64,000 nucleotides of DNA from Anseongella ginsenosidimutans (GTDB taxonomy: Bacteria > Bacteroidota > Bacteroidia > Sphingobacteriales > Sphingobacteriaceae). The DNA lies in NCBI GenBank assembly GCA_029268045.1, contig JAJUHF010000004.1:7863-71862 (forward strand), in the 5' to 3' direction. The notes below the pieces were generated by a model. The model made no database searches, was not told the DNA's origin, and worked only from the letters and a program-made list of their open reading frames with translations. Position numbers and translations under genes: made by a program. Below, one piece after another: positions 51,673 through 63,030 of the stretch. Each line of letters begins with the position of its first letter. Within the stretch, counting starts at the first letter, position 1.

Positions 51673-54519
51673 CTAGGAAAGCTCCTTTTTTAGAAACCTG
51701 CCGGTATAACTGTTCTCCTGACGGATTAGCTCGTCGGGACTTCCCGAGAAGACAATTTCGCCGCCTCCGCTACCGCCTTCCGGGCCGAGATCAATCACGT
51801 GATCGGCCACTTTGATCACATCCAGGTTGTGCTCAATTACCAGTACCGTATTCTCTCTGTCAACCAGTTTATCCAGTACTCCCAGCAGCACTCGGATATC
51901 CTCGAAATGCAGACCGGTAGTGGGTTCATCCAGGATATAAAAGGTTTTTCCCGTATCCTTCTTGGAAAGTTCCGTGGCCAGCTTTACACGCTGCGCCTCT
52001 CCTCCAGACAAGGTGGTGGAAGCCTGACCCAGGGTAATATACCCAAGACCCACATCGAGCAGTGTTTTTATTTTACGGTGAATGGACGGGAGGTTCTCAA
52101 AGAAAGGCACCGCTTCCTCCACGCTCATGTTCAGTACGTCGTTAATGGACTTCCCGCGAAATCGGACTTCCAGGGTTTCCCGGTTATAACGCCGGCCGTT
52201 GCATTCCTCGCAGGGCACCGTCACATCGGGAAGGAAATTCATCTCGATCACTTTCATGCCTGCTCCCTGGCAGGTTTCGCAGCGTCCGCCTTTTACGTTG
52301 AAGGAAAACCTTCCGGGTTTATAACCCCTGATCTTCGACTCAGGCAGCTGGGCAAAGAGGGACCGGATGTCGGAGAACACCCCGGTATAGGTAGCCGGAT
52401 TGGACCGGGGAGTGCGCCCGATGGGGGACTGATCGATCTCAATGACTTTGTCGATGTGCTTGAGTCCGTGTATCGCCTTGTAGGGAAGCGGCTTCTTTTT
52501 CGCTTTGAAGAAATGGCTGTTCAATATTGGATACAGCGTTTCGGTGATTAAAGAAGATTTCCCACTTCCGGAGACTCCGGTCACACAAATGAATTTACCA
52601 AGTGGAAATTCGACCGACACGTCTTTCAGGTTATGCCCGGAAGCCCCTTCCAGACGCAGCACTTTCCCATTTCCCTCCCTGCGCGTGGCCGGCACCTTGA
52701 TCTCCTTCTTGCCTTTCAGGTAATCGGTCGTAATGCTGGCGAAATTCAATAACGTTTGATAGTCCCCTTCCGAAACAACCTCGCCTCCATGCAGACCCGC
52801 CGCAGGCCCCATGTCGATCACGTGATCGGCCGCCAGGATCATGTCCTTGTCGTGCTCCACCACCAGAACCGTATTTCCGATATCGCGGAGGTGTTTCAGC
52901 GCCGTAATCAGCCGCTCGTTATCGCGCTGATGCAAACCGATGCTGGGTTCGTCCAGGATATACAGCACATTCATCAGCTGGGATCCGATTTGGGTGGCCA
53001 GTCTGATCCGCTGCGCTTCACCTCCGGAAAGTGTCCTGGCAGGGCGATCCAGCGTCAGGTAATCCAGCCCGACGTCTAGCAAAAAGCCAATCCGCGACCG
53101 GATTTCCTTGAAAATTTCCCGTGCGATGACTTGCTTCCGCTCGCTCAGCTGCTCGCCTACCGACGCAAACCATTCGTCCAACTGGCGGATGTCCATGCAG
53201 GCCAACTCATGGATATTCTTATCCAATACCCTGAAGTGCAGGGACTCTTTTTTCAGTCTTGCTCCCTCGCAAGAGGGACAGGTTTTCAACGAGCGGAAAT
53301 CATCCAGGCTGCCGCTGTCGTCCTCCCGGCGGCTCTGCTGTTCTTCCAGCATTTTGATGATCCCATCGAAATGTACCTGATAGGTTTGCTTGTAATCTTT
53401 ATTGTAACTGACCTCCACAGGGACAATCTCATCGGTTCCGTGCAACAGGATCTGCTTTACCTCATCGGGCAACTTGCCAAGCGGTGCGCCCAGCGAAAAA
53501 TTATACTTTTTCCCAAGGCCCTGCAGTATCTGAAATATCCAGATCTGCCGATACTCACCCAGCGGAGCCAGTCCGCCCTGCATAATGCTCAGTGACGGGT
53601 CGGGAATGACCGAATTTTCATCAATTTCCATTACGTACCCCAATCCGCCGCATAGGGGACAGGCGCCGTAGGGCGAATTAAAGGAAAAGGTGTTGGGCTG
53701 GGGCTCATCGTAGGAGAGCCCGGTGGTGGGGCACATCAGAAATTTGCTGTAATGGAATTCCGCGCCCGAAGCATCGGCAACTTTAATGATCCCTTTGGCT
53801 TGCTTCATGGCCGAACGCACCGAATCGGCCAGTCGTCTTTTGTTCGCCGGATTCACCTCCAGCCGGTCCACAACGATCTCAATATCGTGTATTTTATACC
53901 GGTCGGCCTGCATTTTGGGAACCACGTCCCGGATCTCCCCGTCTACCCGAACCTTCAGGTAGCCTTGTTTTCTTATCTGCTCAAACAATTCCCGGTAATG
54001 TCCCTTCCGTCCTTTCACCACGGGCGCCAGTATATTCACGGCCTGGCCTTCGAACCGCTCCGAGATAACGCGGATAATCTCGTCTTCCGACATTTTCACC
54101 ATCGGCTCGCCGGTATGATACGAATAGGCGTTGGCAATACGGGCGAAAAGCAAACGCATGAAATCGTAAATCTCGGTCACGGTTCCGACCGTGGAGCGGG
54201 GATTCCGCGAAGTGGTTTTCTGCTCGATTGAGATCACCGGGCTCAGGCCGGATATCTTATCCACGTCGGGCCGCTCCAGACTTCCCAGGAACTGGCGGGA
54301 ATAGGCACCGAATGTTTCAATATAACGCCGCTGCCCTTCGGCATAAATGGTATCAAATGCCAAAGACGATTTGCCGCTCCCGCTCAATCCGGTAATGACC
54401 ACCAGCTTGTTGCGGGGAAATGAAACATCTATATTTTTAAGGTTATGTACCCTGGCGCCGTAAACTTCTACATTCGCCTGTTCGCCCAGGTCCGGTATTA
54501 ACTCGCTCATGTGTTGCAA
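51673..54519 (-). CDS. uvrA: excinuclease ABC subunit A
   Basis: 948 aa. Two ABC modules ([20 protein letters not shown]), Cys-rich zinc modules, and LSGGEAQR signatures. Confidence 0.98.
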   Translation of the reverse strand: MQHMSELIPDLGEQANVEVYGARVHNLKNIDVSFPRNKLVVITGLSGSGKSSLAFDTIYAEGQRRYIETFGAYSRQFLGSLERPDVDKISGLSPVISIEQKTTSRNPRSTVGTVTEIYDFMRLLFARIANAYSYHTGEPMVKMSEDEIIRVISERFEGQAVNILAPVVKGRKGHYRELFEQIRKQGYLKVRVDGEIRDVVPKMQADRYKIHDIEIVVDRLEVNPANKRRLADSVRSAMKQAKGIIKVADASGAEFHYSKFLMCPTTGLSYDEPQPNTFSFNSPYGACPLCGGLGYVMEIDENSVIPDPSLSIMQGGLAPLGEYRQIWIFQILQGLGKKYNFSLGAPLGKLPDEVKQILLHGTDEIVPVEVSYNKDYKQTYQVHFDGIIKMLEEQQSRREDDSGSLDDFRSLKTCPSCEGARLKKESLHFRVLDKNIHELACMDIRQLDEWFASVGEQLSERKQVIAREIFKEIRSRIGFLLDVGLDYLTLDRPARTLSGGEAQRIRLATQIGSQLMNVLYILDEPSIGLHQRDNERLITALKHLRDIGNTVLVVEHDKDMILAADHVIDMGPAAGLHGGEVVSEGDYQTLLNFASITTDYLKGKKEIKVPATRREGNGKVLRLEGASGHNLKDVSVEFPLGKFICVTGVSGSGKSSLITETLYPILNSHFFKAKKKPLPYKAIHGLKHIDKVIEIDQSPIGRTPRSNPATYTGVFSDIRSLFAQLPESKIRGYKPGRFSFNVKGGRCETCQGAGMKVIEMNFLPDVTVPCEECNGRRYNRETLEVRFRGKSINDVLNMSVEEAVPFFENLPSIHRKIKTLLDVGLGYITLGQASTTLSGGEAQRVKLATELSKKDTGKTFYILDEPTTGLHFEDIRVLLGVLDKLVDRENTVLVIEHNLDVIKVADHVIDLGPEGGSGGGEIVFSGSPDELIRQENSYTGRFLKKELS

Positions 54520-54565
54520 AATAACGAGTTATTCCCCGAAAAGTTTAAAGGGATAGGAAAATCTG

Positions 54566-55339
54566 CTAAATTTTTTGGCCTTGCTCACCGTAAACCAGGT
54601 GGTACATGGACGGGCGGCTCAGCAATTCTTTGATGGCCACCAACCGGTAGAGATAACGCTCGGTTTCCCGATTGAGGTCAAGAAAATAGTAGCTGCCGGT
54701 ATTCTGCCGTTCCAGTTCCTTTTGGAGTTTTCCCTGCCCGATGTTATAGGCTGCGGCTGCGAGAGTCCAGGAACCGAGTTCCTCGTAGAGTATCCGCAGG
54801 TATTTGCATGCCGCCCGGGTAGATTTAACCAGGTCGTTACGCTCGTCCACGACTTCATTGACCACCAATCCGAGATGCCGGGCTGTGGCGGGCATGAACT
54901 GCCAGTAACCGCCCGCGCCTTTATGGGAAGTGGCTGTACTCAACCGGCTTTCAATGATCGGCAGGTAACGGAAATCCGTGGGGATATCGTGCTCCCGGAG
55001 GATCTCGTCAATCACCGACATCGTGCGCGGATTCAGTTCCAGCAATTTCCTATTGCCCTGAAGCTGCTTATACTGCCTCTTCAGCGCACGGTCCATTTTT
55101 TCAAATACGCTTTTATTTTCCAACGGAATGGGCTCCCCTGCAAAACTCAGCATAAAGGGAAAACCCGGCTTTTCTGTCAGTAAGTCGTGCCTTGAGATGT
55201 CCGGAACCCCCGATTGGGTGCTATCGGTTGCCCGTTCTCTGGGCGCACCGGCGGTTCTGGACTCAGTGTAGGAAAAAAGTTTTGTAAACGAAAGAACAAC
55301 AAGTACGGAAACACTCGATAACAGGTATCGTCGTATCAT
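54566..55339 (-). CDS. lytic transglycosylase (SLT-domain, MltD-like)
   Basis: 257 aa from ATG 55339 (MIRRYLLSSVSVLVVLSF... signal). Catalytic ES (LPIIESRLS) and GGYWQFMPATARHLGL. The ORF-track extension to 55630 was trimmed. Confidence 0.82.
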   Translation of the reverse strand: MIRRYLLSSVSVLVVLSFTKLFSYTESRTAGAPRERATDSTQSGVPDISRHDLLTEKPGFPFMLSFAGEPIPLENKSVFEKMDRALKRQYKQLQGNRKLLELNPRTMSVIDEILREHDIPTDFRYLPIIESRLSTATSHKGAGGYWQFMPATARHLGLVVNEVVDERNDLVKSTRAACKYLRILYEELGSWTLAAAAYNIGQGKLQKELERQNTGSYYFLDLNRETERYLYRLVAIKELLSRPSMYHLVYGEQGQKI

Positions 55340-55475
55340 TCCTATCAATTTATTCCACCATCTTACCAATTTGAAGCGGATGAAGGGCTTCAAATTCCTT
55401 CTTTCGAAGAATTCCCGCACACCGCGCAAGCTCCATGCCAATATTAATTGTACCTTTGCGCAGAAAATCAGATAA

Positions 55476-56336
55476 TTGGCAATGAGACGCAAAAGGAACG
55501 GTCGCGACGACAAGCTCCCGGCAGGTACACGGAAAGGATCTCCGAGAAAAGAAAGTGGAGGTTTCTCAAAGAAACGGGGAACAAACTCCCCGGTTTCCAG
55601 AGGAAAATTGGAAAGCAACGACGGCAGCATCCGTTTGAACCGTTACCTCGCCAGCGCGGGAATCGCTTCCCGCCGCAAGGCAGACGAACTGATAACCGCG
55701 GGGGCGGTGACGGTAAACGGTCAGCCGGTTACCGAAATGGGATTCAAGGTGAAGCCCGGCGACCAGGTCAGATTCAACGGCCGTCTGCTGAAACCCCAGC
55801 GCTTTGTGTATCTCCTACTGAACAAACCCAAAGATTACATCACAACGACTTCCGATCCGCAGGAAAGGAAAACGGTCATGGAGCTGATTAAAAGAGCCAG
55901 CAGTGAACGGGTTTATCCCGTGGGGCGGCTGGACCGGAACACGACCGGCCTGCTGCTGCTGACAAACGACGGCGACCTGGCCGAAAAATTATCGCATCCG
56001 CGCAACCGGATCCCCAAAGTATATTATGTAACGCTGAACAAAGCGCTCAAGGAGGACGACCTGCGCCGGATCCAGGAAGGGCTGACCCTGGAGGACGGCC
56101 CGATCCATGTAGATGACATCGCCTATGTGGAAGGCGGTTCGAAAAAAGAGATCGGGGTAGAGATCCACAGCGGGCGGAACCGCATTGTCCGCCGGATATT
56201 TGAGTCGTTGGATTATCAGGTTATCAAACTGGACCGGGTATTATACGCCAACCTGACCAAGAAAGATCTGCCGCGTGGGAAATGGCGCCTCCTGAAGGAA
56301 AACGAAATTATTCAGCTAAAGCACCTATTGAAGTAA
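55476..56336 (+). CDS. pseudouridine synthase, RsuA/RluB family
   Basis: 286 aa. Basic N-extension, S4 domain (IRLNRYLASAGIASRRKADELI) and catalytic GRLDRNTTGLLLLTNDG. Confidence 0.9.
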   Translation: MAMRRKRNGRDDKLPAGTRKGSPRKESGGFSKKRGTNSPVSRGKLESNDGSIRLNRYLASAGIASRRKADELITAGAVTVNGQPVTEMGFKVKPGDQVRFNGRLLKPQRFVYLLLNKPKDYITTTSDPQERKTVMELIKRASSERVYPVGRLDRNTTGLLLLTNDGDLAEKLSHPRNRIPKVYYVTLNKALKEDDLRRIQEGLTLEDGPIHVDDIAYVEGGSKKEIGVEIHSGRNRIVRRIFESLDYQVIKLDRVLYANLTKKDLPRGKWRLLKENEIIQLKHLLK

Positions 56337-56352
56337 GGGTTCCGGCGGAAGC

Positions 56353-57519
56353 CTATACGATCGGATCGCAATTCTTTACCCGTTCAGGATATAATCCGGC
56401 GATCTCCCGGTAATAGTCCTCGTACATGGGCATGATCAGTTCAATATCGAACTTTTTGGCCCGGGCCAGGGCGTTTTTCTTGAATTGCAGCAAGCGTTCG
56501 TCGTCTTCCAGAATATAGATCGCTTTCTCGGCCATTCGTTCCACATCGCCTACATCGACCAGAAAGCCGGTTTCACCGTCGACGTTCAGCTCGGGCAGAC
56601 CGCCGGTATTGGAAGAAACCACCGGAACGCTGCAGGCCATCGCTTCCAGTGCAGCCAACCCGAAACTTTCCGATTCCGATGGCATTAAAAACAGGTCGCA
56701 TACCGATAACAATTCTTCGATCGATTCCTGCTTCCCCAAAAAACGGACATGATCGGCAATGTTCAATTCCCGGCAAAGATCTTCCACCGAGGCCCGCTCG
56801 GGGCCATCCCCCACCAGAAGCAATTTGGCGGGAAGCTTTTTGAGCACGGTGTAAAAGATGGAAACCACGTCTTTCACCCGTTTTACCTTCCGGAAATTCG
56901 AGGTATGAATAAAAATCCGTTCCCCTTCGGGCGCGATCGCCCGCTTGAAGTGGTCCCGCACCTGATGATTGAAACGCTTCAGATCAATGAAATTCGGAAT
57001 AACCCGTATTTCCTTGGAAATATCGAAATGCTCGTAGGTGTCCCTTTTCAGATGTTCCGACACCGCCGTGACGCCATCGGACTGATTAATTGAAAAAGTC
57101 ACCACCGGGTTGTAGGTCCGGTCCTTTCCTACCAGGGTGATATCCGTTCCGTGCAAGGTAGTGATGACCGGGATCTTGATGCCGTTGGCCGCCAGGATCT
57201 GTTTGGCAATGAATGCTGCAGAGGCATGCGGAATCGCATAATGGACGTGCAATACATCCAAACAGGCATGTTTTACCACATCCACCATTTTACTGGCCAG
57301 GGCGGACTCATACGGCTGGTATTGGAATAGTGGATACTGGGAAACAGCTACCTCGTGGTAATACAGGTTCTCAGAAAAAAAATCCAGCCGGGCTGGCTGG
57401 TTATAGGTAATGAAATGAACCTGATGCCCGTTATCGGCAAGGGCTTTCCCTAGTTCAGTGGCCACCACGCCACTTCCCCCAAAGGTAGGGTAGCATACTA
57501 TTCCAATTTTCATATCCAA
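56353..57519 (-). CDS. bshA: N-acetyl-alpha-D-glucosaminyl L-malate synthase (bacillithiol biosynthesis GT4)
   Basis: 388 aa. N-terminus [26 protein letters not shown] and the GT4 E-x7-E region. Met-3 is the likely true start. Confidence 0.85.
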   Translation of the reverse strand: MDMKIGIVCYPTFGGSGVVATELGKALADNGHQVHFITYNQPARLDFFSENLYYHEVAVSQYPLFQYQPYESALASKMVDVVKHACLDVLHVHYAIPHASAAFIAKQILAANGIKIPVITTLHGTDITLVGKDRTYNPVVTFSINQSDGVTAVSEHLKRDTYEHFDISKEIRVIPNFIDLKRFNHQVRDHFKRAIAPEGERIFIHTSNFRKVKRVKDVVSIFYTVLKKLPAKLLLVGDGPERASVEDLCRELNIADHVRFLGKQESIEELLSVCDLFLMPSESESFGLAALEAMACSVPVVSSNTGGLPELNVDGETGFLVDVGDVERMAEKAIYILEDDERLLQFKKNALARAKKFDIELIMPMYEDYYREIAGLYPERVKNCDPIV

Positions 57520-57570
57520 GATAACCCCGGTTTCATCGAATTTGTTTGGGATAAAAGCAGGCCAGGGCGC

Positions 57571-59481
57571 CTACCGTTTGATGCTATTATAGATTGCTTT
57601 TTGGATCCGGGGCCTGATTTCCATTTCGTTGTACTTCCAATTGTCCGCACTGGGATTCACCCGGTTGGAAAGGAAAATATACACGATATCCGACACGGGA
57701 TCGATCCAGATACAGGTTCCCGTGAAACCGGTATGCCCGAAGGTCTCCGGGGATACGCCCGATTTCATTAGGGTGGACGAAGGGTCCGGTCGGGGCTTGT
57801 CAAAACCAAGCCCCCGGCGGTTTCCTTTATAGGGCGGGGTGTTGAAGAGTTTTACGGTTTCGCTTTCCAGGTACCGCCTCCCTCCGTACTCCCCTCCATT
57901 AAGCAGCATCTGTCCCACAATCATCAGATCGTTTGCATTTGAAAACAAGCCTGCATGGCCCGAAATTCCACCTGCCATTGCCGCCCCCTGATCGTGCACA
58001 TCCCCCCGGAGCAGTTGCATCCTGAAATAGGTATCGTTTTCGGTGGGCACCAGGCGGTTCAGAGGAATCCGGTAGCGGGGCAGGAACCCCATCGTGCTCA
58101 GCCCCAGCGGCCGGTAGAATTCGCGGTCGAGGTAATGATCCATCCGTTCACCGGTGACCGCATCCACCACGGCCCGCATAAAATACATGCTTAAATCACT
58201 GTAAACGTATTCGCCCCGCGACCGAAGGGGGGTCTGCAGCATTTCCTTCCACATCACCTCCTGAAAATAGTCCTTCCGGATGAACATGCCTTCCGCCACG
58301 CGGTAGGGATGGCTGGCGGAGGAATCGGAACTGAATACCCCGGCGGTTTCCAGCGCCGGAACCCAGAAACGGATAAAAGGAATAAGCCCCGCCTGATGGG
58401 TCAGGATCTCCTTGATCAGAATATCCTTCTTGTCGGTCGCCGCCGCTGCAGGAATGTAGGCACTGAATTTTTCATCCAGGTCTATTTTGTCATCCTCCTG
58501 TAAACTCATGGTGGCGATCAACGTGGCGGCAACTTTGGTAATGGAAGCCAGATCAAACACGTCGTTCCGGTTCATGGGCAGCCAGGTCTTCTCCATTCCA
58601 TACTCTTGATTTCCAAACGCTTTCCAGTAAAACACCTTGCCGGATTTAGCCGCCATGACCACCGCGCCGGGAAAAGCCTTCGCCCGGATACCCGATATCA
58701 CAATGGAATCGATCTCATCCAGGTCCCGGGAACGGATACCGAGCTCTTCCGGAAGGGTATATTTGAGCCGGTTCAGTGTACTGGTGGAGTCCCCCGCGCC
58801 GGCCTCGAACACCTCTCCTACCCGGACGGGCAAGGATCCCTGGGCCGCAAACGCGCCAAACATAAGCTGGGGGCTCAGACTGCGTGCGGCTTCGTCATCG
58901 GCAGGCGCCCAGACGATGGGGCCGTAGCCGTCGAAATTGGCCAGGCCCTGAACGTTTCCAAAATAAGCCAATACGACCTGATGCGTGGCACGGAGCTGCT
59001 CAATAAAGAGCAGGGCCTGCGGACTGATGCCGTAATTGTTCTCCCAGGCCGACGACCCGGTATGCAATCCCACAATCACCATGGGAAAACTTTCCAGGCT
59101 GGCAATCACTTCCCCGAACACCACGGTGCTGGTATCGTTCGGCAATAAAAACAGGCTGGCCGGTGTATAATTCGATACATGATCCAGAAACGTGTTGTAA
59201 TGATTGGCCTTCCTGGTTTTGGTCGCCTGGAATTCTTCGTTGGACACGATGCTGACGGCCGCGATCCTGCCGGGCTGCACGTCCTGCACCGGCACCAAGC
59301 CCTCTTCATTGTTAAGCAGGGTGATCGACCTTTCCATCGCGTGCCACTGATTGTAACTGATTTGTTGCCGTGCGTTTTCCAGCACGGAGGGATCCAGGTA
59401 GCCAACCGGCCGCTTCTGGGCGGGTGTATCCAGGCTGGCGAAAAGGCAGATCAAAAAGCAGGATACGGAAAGACCTCTCAT
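57571..59481 (-). CDS. serine hydrolase (beta-lactamase/PBP-like) with an N-terminal alpha/beta domain of ~300 aa
   Basis: 636 aa. Signal peptide. SxxK nucleophile motif (DLASITKV) in the C-terminal half. The N-half has no catalytic motif that I recognise. Confidence 0.8.
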   Translation of the reverse strand: MRGLSVSCFLICLFASLDTPAQKRPVGYLDPSVLENARQQISYNQWHAMERSITLLNNEEGLVPVQDVQPGRIAAVSIVSNEEFQATKTRKANHYNTFLDHVSNYTPASLFLLPNDTSTVVFGEVIASLESFPMVIVGLHTGSSAWENNYGISPQALLFIEQLRATHQVVLAYFGNVQGLANFDGYGPIVWAPADDEAARSLSPQLMFGAFAAQGSLPVRVGEVFEAGAGDSTSTLNRLKYTLPEELGIRSRDLDEIDSIVISGIRAKAFPGAVVMAAKSGKVFYWKAFGNQEYGMEKTWLPMNRNDVFDLASITKVAATLIATMSLQEDDKIDLDEKFSAYIPAAAATDKKDILIKEILTHQAGLIPFIRFWVPALETAGVFSSDSSASHPYRVAEGMFIRKDYFQEVMWKEMLQTPLRSRGEYVYSDLSMYFMRAVVDAVTGERMDHYLDREFYRPLGLSTMGFLPRYRIPLNRLVPTENDTYFRMQLLRGDVHDQGAAMAGGISGHAGLFSNANDLMIVGQMLLNGGEYGGRRYLESETVKLFNTPPYKGNRRGLGFDKPRPDPSSTLMKSGVSPETFGHTGFTGTCIWIDPVSDIVYIFLSNRVNPSADNWKYNEMEIRPRIQKAIYNSIKR

Positions 59482-59535
59482 AAGATTGGCAAACTAATAA
59501 ATTTATAGATAAATTTACGGCCCGGATAAAAATTA

Positions 59536-61398
59536 ATGCCTGACATAATCCATTTATTACCAGATTCAGTAGCTAACCAGATTGCGGCGGGAGAAGTGAT
59601 CCAGCGGCCGGCATCGGCGGTGAAAGAAATGATGGAAAACTCCCTCGACGCCGGTGCCACCACCATCCGCCTTGTGGTAAAGGACGCGGGGAAAGCGCTC
59701 ATCCAGGTAACGGATGATGGGCAGGGAATGTCCGTGGCCGACGCCCGGCTCTGCTTTGAACGGCACGCGACCTCGAAGATCTCCAGCGCGGAAGATCTAT
59801 TTTCCATCCGGACCATGGGATTCCGGGGCGAGGCGCTTGCTTCCATCGCAGCCATTGCCCAAGCGGAACTTAGGACCCGTCGTGCCGAAGACGAGATCGG
59901 TTTGCTGATCCAGGCGGAAGGCTCCCGCATCACCCGGGAAGAGCCCTGCCAGTGCCCGGCCGGAACATCCATCCGTGTCAAAAACCTTTTCTTTAATATC
60001 CCGGCCCGGCGCAATTTCCTGAAGAGCAATGCGGTGGAAATGCGTCATATCATCGATGAATTTCTGCGCGTCGCCCTGGCACATCCCCAGGTATTCTTTT
60101 CACTGCATCACGACGGACAGGAAGTGTACCATCTCCCCAAGGCCACGTTGAAGCAACGGCTGATCCACGTTTTTGGCAATTCCTACAGTGAACGGCTGGT
60201 GCCGGTGGAAGAAGAAACCAATGTCATCGGACTTCGGGGCTTTATCGGAAAGCCTGAATACGCCCGGAAAACAAGGGGTGAACAGTATTTTTTTGTAAAC
60301 AACCGCTTTATCCGGGACGGTTACCTGCACCATGCCATCATGAACGCGTATGACGAATTGCTGGTTCCGGGAAGCTATCCTTTTTACGCGCTGTTCATTG
60401 AAATCGATCCGGCCCGCATCGACATCAATGTCCACCCCACCAAGACCGAGATCAAGTTTGAGGACGAAAAGACCGTATACGCCATTGTCCGTTCAGCCGT
60501 AAAACGATCCCTGGGGCGGTATAACATTGCCCCCACCCTGGACTTTGAAGCCGACCAGAATCTGGTGGAATTCGAGGTCAACCCGAAAGAGGTGCGACCA
60601 CCGACCATCCGGGTCAACCCGCATTTCAATCCGTTTGAAACCGAAGCCGGCAATTCGGACCGCGAAAAAACGGAACGTCCGGGCAGCGCAGGTATCCCCA
60701 TGCGCGCCTATCAGACGCCCAAACTTAATTTAGGCAACTGGGAACAACTTTATCAGGTGGTACAAGCGGAAGAGCCCACGCCTTCGGCCAGCCTGCTTCC
60801 CGGGGAAGAGGCCAATGACAATCCCCTGCAGGAATTGCGAACCTACCAGCTTCACCAGAAATACATTCTCTCCCATATTAAATCGGGTTGTATTGTAATT
60901 GATCAGCAGGCGGCGCATGAAAGGATACTTTATGAACGATATTTGCAGCATCTGGAGAGTAAACAGGGGGCGAGCCAACAGAACCTGTTTCCGCGTACCC
61001 TGGAACTTAGTCCGGGAGACTTCTCGCTGGCCATGGAGCTTCGGGACGAAATCCGGGCACTTGGATTCGATTTCAGGGAATTCGGGAAGAATACCCTGAT
61101 CATTGACGGTTCCCCGGCGGACCTTCCGCAGGGAAAGGAAGACCAGGCATTTGAAAAGCTGATCGAGGATTACAAGCAGAACCTGGCGCAGTTAAAACTG
61201 GACAAACGGACAAACCTGGCCCGCTCACTGGCGAAAAATGCCGCCGTGAAGGCAGGCACCCGGTTAAGCGCTGAGGAAATGAATCAGCTGATTGATGAGT
61301 TATTTGCCTGTAAAAATCCCAAAACGGGGCTGACAGGAAAGCCAACCTTTATTACCATTGGCTTGGACGAATTGGCAAAACGATTTGAAAAATTATGA
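59536..61398 (+). CDS. mutL: DNA mismatch repair protein MutL
   Basis: 620 aa. GHKL N-terminus (IHLLPDSVANQIAAGEVIQRPASAVKEMMENSLDAGA) and a C-terminal dimerisation domain. Confidence 0.96.
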   Translation: MPDIIHLLPDSVANQIAAGEVIQRPASAVKEMMENSLDAGATTIRLVVKDAGKALIQVTDDGQGMSVADARLCFERHATSKISSAEDLFSIRTMGFRGEALASIAAIAQAELRTRRAEDEIGLLIQAEGSRITREEPCQCPAGTSIRVKNLFFNIPARRNFLKSNAVEMRHIIDEFLRVALAHPQVFFSLHHDGQEVYHLPKATLKQRLIHVFGNSYSERLVPVEEETNVIGLRGFIGKPEYARKTRGEQYFFVNNRFIRDGYLHHAIMNAYDELLVPGSYPFYALFIEIDPARIDINVHPTKTEIKFEDEKTVYAIVRSAVKRSLGRYNIAPTLDFEADQNLVEFEVNPKEVRPPTIRVNPHFNPFETEAGNSDREKTERPGSAGIPMRAYQTPKLNLGNWEQLYQVVQAEEPTPSASLLPGEEANDNPLQELRTYQLHQKYILSHIKSGCIVIDQQAAHERILYERYLQHLESKQGASQQNLFPRTLELSPGDFSLAMELRDEIRALGFDFREFGKNTLIIDGSPADLPQGKEDQAFEKLIEDYKQNLAQLKLDKRTNLARSLAKNAAVKAGTRLSAEEMNQLIDELFACKNPKTGLTGKPTFITIGLDELAKRFEKL

Positions 61399-62123
61399 AT
61401 TACAGACCTTCTTTCGCGCCCCGGATGCCCGTAGTGGTTAAAAACCTGTTGATTATCAACGGCTTGTTTTTCCTGGCCACACTCACCACGGACGAAGCTT
61501 TCATGCTGCATGTCTTTGGCGCGCATTATTTTGAATCCGAGCTGTTCCGGGTTTGGCAACCCATTACTTACATGTTTATGCACGGCAGCTTCTTTCATAT
61601 TTTTTTCAATATGTACGCCGTGTTTCTTTTTGGGAGCGCCATTGAAACGGTATGGGGGCCCAAACGTTTCCTCCAATACTACATCATCACCGGCCTGGGA
61701 GCGCTGGCTTTGCAGATGGCGGTTACCGCTTTTGAGATCTATCAGCTGACCGGCGGGATCCTGACCGCTCCTTATACCCAGGGCTGCGACGTGGTGGGGC
61801 TCACCTTCCGGTGTCCGGACGGATTATCTTCGCAATTGTTCAGCCTCGCAAACATTCCCCTGGTTGGTGCGTCGGGTGCTGTTTTCGGCCTGCTGCTCGC
61901 TTTTGGCATGATGTTTCCGAATGTGGAACTTATGTTGATCTTCCTTCCCATCCCCATTAAAGCCAAATATTTTGTTATCTTGTATGGATTGATCGAACTA
62001 TTTATGGGGGCCGCGCGTTTTGAGGGAGACAACGTGGCCCATTTTGCCCATATCGGCGGACTGGTAACAGGCTTCATTCTGATCAAATTGTGGAATGCAG
62101 GCAAGCCGAAGCGTTTTTATTAA
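61395..62123 (+). CDS. rhomboid-family intramembrane serine protease
   Basis: 242 aa. The ATG overlaps the mutL stop (ATGA). Catalytic GASGAVFG and a His in HFAHIGGL. Confidence 0.88.
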   Translation: MNYRPSFAPRMPVVVKNLLIINGLFFLATLTTDEAFMLHVFGAHYFESELFRVWQPITYMFMHGSFFHIFFNMYAVFLFGSAIETVWGPKRFLQYYIITGLGALALQMAVTAFEIYQLTGGILTAPYTQGCDVVGLTFRCPDGLSSQLFSLANIPLVGASGAVFGLLLAFGMMFPNVELMLIFLPIPIKAKYFVILYGLIELFMGAARFEGDNVAHFAHIGGLVTGFILIKLWNAGKPKRFY

Positions 62124-62142
62124 AAGCAATAGTGAGTGATCT

Positions 62143-63030
62143 ATGAGTTTTCTGAATGAGCTAAAGCAGAATATCCGGCAATCGGGAAAGGTGACCTACG
62201 AGTTCATTGCGATCAATGTAGGGCTTTTCCTGATCTTCAATATCCTGTTCATATTCGAGCGGCTGATATTCCGGACCGGTATCATCGAGTTGTTTTACCA
62301 GAAATACCTTTTCCTGCCCGGCTCCCTGGAAAACCTCGTTACCCGTCCCTGGACCATCCTGACTTACATGTTCCTGCATGCCGGGCTATGGCACATTCTG
62401 GTGAACATGCTTTTTCTATTCTGGTTCGGTAGGCTGCTGGAAGAATACCTGGGACGGAAAAAGGTCATCAGTCTGTACTTCCTGGGTGGAATCGCGGGAG
62501 GTCTGCTCTACATTATCAGCTACAATATTTTCCCTTACCTTCAGGACCAGCTGGACTATGCCCTGTTGGTGGGGGCCTCGGCAAGTGTTATGGCCATCCT
62601 GGTGGCATCGGCCACCCTGTTGCCCGATTACACGTTTTTCCTCCTGCTGTTGGGACCGGTCAAATTAAAATACATCGCGCTGGTTCTGGTCATTCTGGAT
62701 TTTTTGAGCATCGCAGGCTCCAACCCGGGAGGAATGATCGCACACCTGGGAGGCGCACTGTTCGGATTTCTGTTCATCAGGCAGCTCCGAAAAGGCAATG
62801 ACTTCTCCAAGCCCTTTATGAAGGTGGTGGACGGTTTGGGATCGCTCTTCAGACGCAAACCTACCCTTAAGGTAAAATACACAAACAAGTCCAAGGCCGG
62901 CAACCCAGCCCAGCCACTCAGCAAACAGGATGAGATCGACGCCATCCTGGACAAAATTTCCAAATCCGGTTACGAGAGTCTGTCTGCAGAAGAAAAAAAC
63001 AAACTTTTCAGAGCAAGCGGCAAAGATTAA
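62143..63030 (+). CDS. rhomboid-family intramembrane serine protease with a cytoplasmic C-terminal extension
   Basis: 295 aa. GASASVMA and AHLGGALFG. The C-terminal tail is ...DEIDAILDKISKSGYESLSAEEKNKLF. Confidence 0.85.
   Translation: MSFLNELKQNIRQSGKVTYEFIAINVGLFLIFNILFIFERLIFRTGIIELFYQKYLFLPGSLENLVTRPWTILTYMFLHAGLWHILVNMLFLFWFGRLLEEYLGRKKVISLYFLGGIAGGLLYIISYNIFPYLQDQLDYALLVGASASVMAILVASATLLPDYTFFLLLLGPVKLKYIALVLVILDFLSIAGSNPGGMIAHLGGALFGFLFIRQLRKGNDFSKPFMKVVDGLGSLFRRKPTLKVKYTNKSKAGNPAQPLSKQDEIDAILDKISKSGYESLSAEEKNKLFRASGKD

Noticed and set aside
55340-55630. 97-codon N-terminal extension of the lytic transglycosylase ORF
   Set aside because: A signal-peptide-like N-terminus begins at the internal Met (55339). 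The extension would overlap the divergent pseudouridine synthase start region and has no recognisable features.
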